Below are positions 60,881 through 64,000 of a stretch of DNA of 64,000 nt, in pieces (the first letter of the stretch is position 1; every line of letters starts with the position of its first letter). Where the stretch lies: NCBI GenBank assembly GCA_963827165.1, contig CAWGZR010000004.1, positions 192,001 through 256,000 on the forward strand. The letters are read 5' to 3'. The notes beneath the pieces are model-generated. The model ran no database searches. It saw nothing but the letters and a program-made list of their open reading frames with translations, and was not told where the DNA came from. Both the position numbers and the translations under genes were made by a program. Source of the DNA: Candidatus Bathyarchaeota archaeon (GTDB lineage: Archaea; Thermoproteota; Bathyarchaeia; Bathyarchaeales; Bathycorpusculaceae).

Positions 60881-61642
60881 TCAATCGCCGACGCGTCTTG
60901 GCTTACTAGCTCGTTTTATGAGAACAATTCCGGAGTCAACTAGCCTCTGTCTTGCTTCGACGTTTACGTCTCTTAGGCAACTCAATGGATACAGCTTGTT
61001 TTCCAAAATAGCGTCTCTTAATCCGAAATGTTCAGGTGAAGTCCAACCAATCTGAATAAGATTTTTACATTTGCCATATTGCATTGCATGCTCCGAGTAC
61101 CGGGTGTTAGTAACAATAACTGCACGGTCAATTCTCAAATCCGTTAACCCCGCCGCGAAGGCATCCGACACATCTTCTAATACTGCCCAAGCTATTCGAC
61201 TCTCATCCAACCCCGTGAGCGCATGATAGCTGAAATGATGCTTAACCTCAACAAAATAAGTAACCCCCTCTTTGCGTACAATGCCATCAACCTCATGTTC
61301 CCCACATTTACCCCTAAGAACCCGATTAGGCGTAACCTCAAAACCAGTATGCGCCAACAAAACCTGAATAAACAATTCAAACTCCGGCTTAGGCTCCATC
61401 AAACTTATGCCCTGCTTCAAATCGTAAAGGTGACCAATACCAGGCCTGAACTCCTGCATAAACGAGAAAATAAGCTGAAGAATCAACTGAGTAGTAATAC
61501 CCTCATAAAGTCTTTTTTCAATTCGATCAGCAACTTCATTCGCAGTGTTGCTATCCGCACCCATCCTCAAGCACGTCTGCACAATTTTTTCTCTACTAAA
61601 GGACTGTTTAGAACCGTCTGCTTTGGTTACCCGAAACGCCAC
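60881..61642 (-). CDS. ATP-cone plus Mrr-like restriction endonuclease domain protein
   Basis: VTKADGSKQSFSREKI; FE..I..LL...GF, HEVDG...VEVKHH, VTNT; 3' end probably frameshifted. Confidence 0.82.
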   Translation of the reverse strand: MAFRVTKADGSKQSFSREKIVQTCLRMGADSNTANEVADRIEKRLYEGITTQLILQLIFSFMQEFRPGIGHLYDLKQGISLMEPKPEFELFIQVLLAHTGFEVTPNRVLRGKCGEHEVDGIVRKEGVTYFVEVKHHFSYHALTGLDESRIAWAVLEDVSDAFAAGLTDLRIDRAVIVTNTRYSEHAMQYGKCKNLIQIGWTSPEHFGLRDAILENKLYPLSCLRDVNVEARQRLVDSGIVLIKRASKPRRVGD

Positions 61643-61815
61643 GCTGAATGCACCATTAAAGAGAAAAATACACAGAGTGCAGTTTTAAGTCTATTCAATT
61701 CTCAAGCCGGTTAGCTGTATCTTCTGGGGGCGTTTCGATATTGTGGCTGTCGGTTCACAGTCACACATCTTAAAATAACCTCAACCGAGTTAAGGGTAAG
61801 TGAGGTTTTTTGACA

Positions 61816-61974
61816 ATGGGAGCACTTGATTTTCTTTTCGTAGTTGCCGCGATACTCATCATACTTTGGCTACTTGGCTTTGTTTTATTCAGCCTTGGCA
61901 CCATCATATGGGTACTGCTTGTCATAGCCCTCATCATAATAGCTGTCCGATTACTTTCAGGACGAAGAATATAA
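61816..61974 (+). CDS. 52-aa membrane protein (lmo0937/DUF5670-like; below ORF-track cutoff)
   Basis: MGALDFLFVVAAILIILWLLGFVLFSLGTIIWVLLVIALIIIAVRLLSGRRI, GAGG upstream. Confidence 0.78.
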   Translation: MGALDFLFVVAAILIILWLLGFVLFSLGTIIWVLLVIALIIIAVRLLSGRRI

Positions 61975-62013
61975 CATTCGCCGGAAAGTATCCAAAAGTA
62001 ATCAATTAAATAA

Positions 62014-62754
62014 ATGGTAAATTTGGAGGAGAAAAAAATGAACGATATACTTAGTATTTTTATTGAGGGTGGAACCTTCAGGATGTTTGTCTCAGCGATT
62101 CAAGCAACAGAGATAGTTGATACTCTTAGAAGTGTTGGGCCGTTCACTGTTTTTGCACCCGACGAGGAAGCGTTTGAAAAAATTCCCAAAGGTGAATTAG
62201 ACAGTTTTCTTAAGGACACGCCAAAGTTAAAGGCAATTCTAATGTATCACATTGTCGCCGGAAAATATACAATTAATGAAATCAGCAAAATGAAGACCCT
62301 CAAAACAATTCAAGGCCAAGAAGTCAAAATCGACGCACACAAATGGCACCTTCACGTGAACCCAAAAATCAACGACGCACTCATCACAAATTACAACCTC
62401 GAAGCAGACAACGGCATAATACATGTAATAGACAAAGTGCTTATGCCAAATATGGAGCTAACTTGCCCCGTCTGCGGAATGGGCTTCATGACCATGGAAG
62501 ATTTAACTGCTCACACTAAAATGGGCCATGTTGCTGAGAAAGCCATAGAGCCAATGCCGCCCGCTGAAACTATGCCTGCCGGCGAATTAACCAATGAATC
62601 AATGTCTGGCATGTCATCTCAAGAAACACCAATGAAGGGTTTAGAACCTGATCGGGTCAAATGTCCTGATTGTGGAAAAACCTTCATGAGTCATTCGGAG
62701 ATGGCACGTCACAGAGATTCAATGCACCATGAAACAAAAGGACACGACGAATGA
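62014..62754 (+). CDS. fasciclin (FAS1) domain protein with two C2H2 zinc fingers
   Basis: GPFTVFAPD.EAF, ILMYHIV, ADNGIIHVIDKVL; CPVC..H..H and CPDC..H..H. Confidence 0.88.
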   Translation: MVNLEEKKMNDILSIFIEGGTFRMFVSAIQATEIVDTLRSVGPFTVFAPDEEAFEKIPKGELDSFLKDTPKLKAILMYHIVAGKYTINEISKMKTLKTIQGQEVKIDAHKWHLHVNPKINDALITNYNLEADNGIIHVIDKVLMPNMELTCPVCGMGFMTMEDLTAHTKMGHVAEKAIEPMPPAETMPAGELTNESMSGMSSQETPMKGLEPDRVKCPDCGKTFMSHSEMARHRDSMHHETKGHDE

Positions 62755-62986
62755 TATTTCCTCAGCAGATTTAAGAAAGATCAGTCGTAGCGTTATCGGC
62801 CATCCCCAAGGAATTACGATTGCTATTTCTTAAAAGTTGCAAAATGTGATCAAAACCAGATTAAGAGCAGGATCAGTTTTTTTTTTGTTCCAGGTTTTTC
62901 TAATTCGGTTACGTAGACTTCAAGTGCGCATAGGGATTAGTTAAAGTTGAATTGAGGTTTATCCGAAACCTCTTTAGAGGTTAGAA

Positions 62987-63277
62987 TTGGTTAAAGTTAG
63001 CATACTCGTATATGATGAAGTCTGGGGCAGCTTCAAAATGCACTTATTTCACAAACATCGAAACCTAAGAAGACTAAACAGTGAATTTGAAAGCCTTTTG
63101 CAGGCGGCTATAATGGAAGATCAGGTTGTTTTGGCTTTCGAAAAAATAGGAGTTACCGCCAAAGGTACATTATCTACAAATGAAATCAAAACTGCGAGAC
63201 CTAAACTGAGAGGACCACCCTCTGAGGAAATCCTAAAAGAAATAAGGCAAGATCGGTTTGCTCAAACTATCTCTTGA
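62987..63277 (+). CDS. antitoxin-like hypothetical protein
   Basis: C-terminal SEEILKEIRQDR typical of VapB tails; overlaps a PIN-like remnant. Confidence 0.55.
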   Translation: MVKVSILVYDEVWGSFKMHLFHKHRNLRRLNSEFESLLQAAIMEDQVVLAFEKIGVTAKGTLSTNEIKTARPKLRGPPSEEILKEIRQDRFAQTIS

Positions 63278-63347
63278 TACGAGCACAACCATCAAACGCT
63301 AAATAAGTGAGCCAAGCACAGAAACAATAGATACGAAAGGTTTCTAA
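63258..63347 (+). pseudogene. VapC N-terminal remnant
   Basis: LLKLSLDTSTTIKR*ISEPSTETID resembles the PIN start LDTS...KRY..E.GS, with an internal stop. Confidence 0.4.
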
Positions 63348-63452
63348 CCCAGCCAACTATTCATTAGCTGTGAGGAGAATAGCCAACGAGCAGCAATGAT
63401 TGCACATGCAAAGAACGTTTTGGCGGTACCTCTTTGTTAGAAGGCGAAAAAC

Positions 63453-63849
63453 ATGGAAGATAGTTTCGATGTCAATTTGTGTAAAGTACTTGTTAAGAAA
63501 CCCACCTCGGACAGCACTATTTTTGAAGAATATGAAGAGCCTTTGATAGATGTTATCGACGAAGAAGACAATGTTAAGCTATTAGTTCAATGCAGATGTC
63601 AAGAAGAACAAGTCAGCATTCACGTGAACAATAACCATGATGGAATAACAGTATGCAAAGAACGATGCCAAATCAAGAAAGAATCAGAAATAGATGGTAT
63701 GCGGAGACGTCTGTAGCAGAAACATTCCATTAAACCTAAAAGATCTACAACTGGAAAACATGCTCTTCATCGTATCTCAATGCAACAGCAACAACGTCGT
63801 TGAAATAACGATCCCAAAAATAAAACTCAAAACCAACAACGAACGTTAA
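63453..63849 (+). CDS. Hsp20/alpha-crystallin-like protein, frameshifted near 63690-63720
   Basis: EPLIDVIDEEDNVKLLV then NNVVEITIPK in another frame. Confidence 0.55.
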
Positions 63850-64000
63850 GCAATCAAACCCTTAAGGCTTCATTTAACCAACTTGCCCCATTCTTCCCTG
63901 TTTCCTTCGTTTCTCAGAGTTTATCCATCTCCAAGGTTCTGCATGGAGCTATGTTGAGTTAAGGGGAAAAATTATGGTTAAGAGGATTTAGCCTTACGCT

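Overview
Archaeal chromosomal window, most consistent with Bathyarchaeia (inferred from archaeal marker genes such as dph5, ribL, HTH-RibK, geranylgeranyl reductase, PolB2, Mre11/Rad50, frequent TTG/GTG starts and PEF-CTERM-type surface proteins). Housekeeping and cofactor genes (cobalamin salvage and uptake, flavin, PEPCK, asnA, rpsJ) surround three accessory zones. (1) About 17-28.6 kb is a decayed integrated element: PolB2, a large dockerin+cohesin surface protein, a divergent pair of RHH regulators, a broken nuclease and two degenerate copies of an integrase-like C-terminus. (2) About 47-53.3 kb is a toxin-antitoxin hotspot. (3) The standout, 55.0-59.8 kb, is a four-gene RiPP-like cluster: a radical SAM/SPASM enzyme, a 141-aa precursor with the Cys-rich core (DCPTPLCSSCGN)x3, a B12-dependent radical SAM enzyme, and a class I methyltransferase whose N-terminus is a core-less copy of the precursor's leader and follower. 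Many single-base frameshifts suggest assembly indel errors. No rRNA, tRNA or CRISPR array was recognised. Family names are from motif recognition by eye, not database searches.
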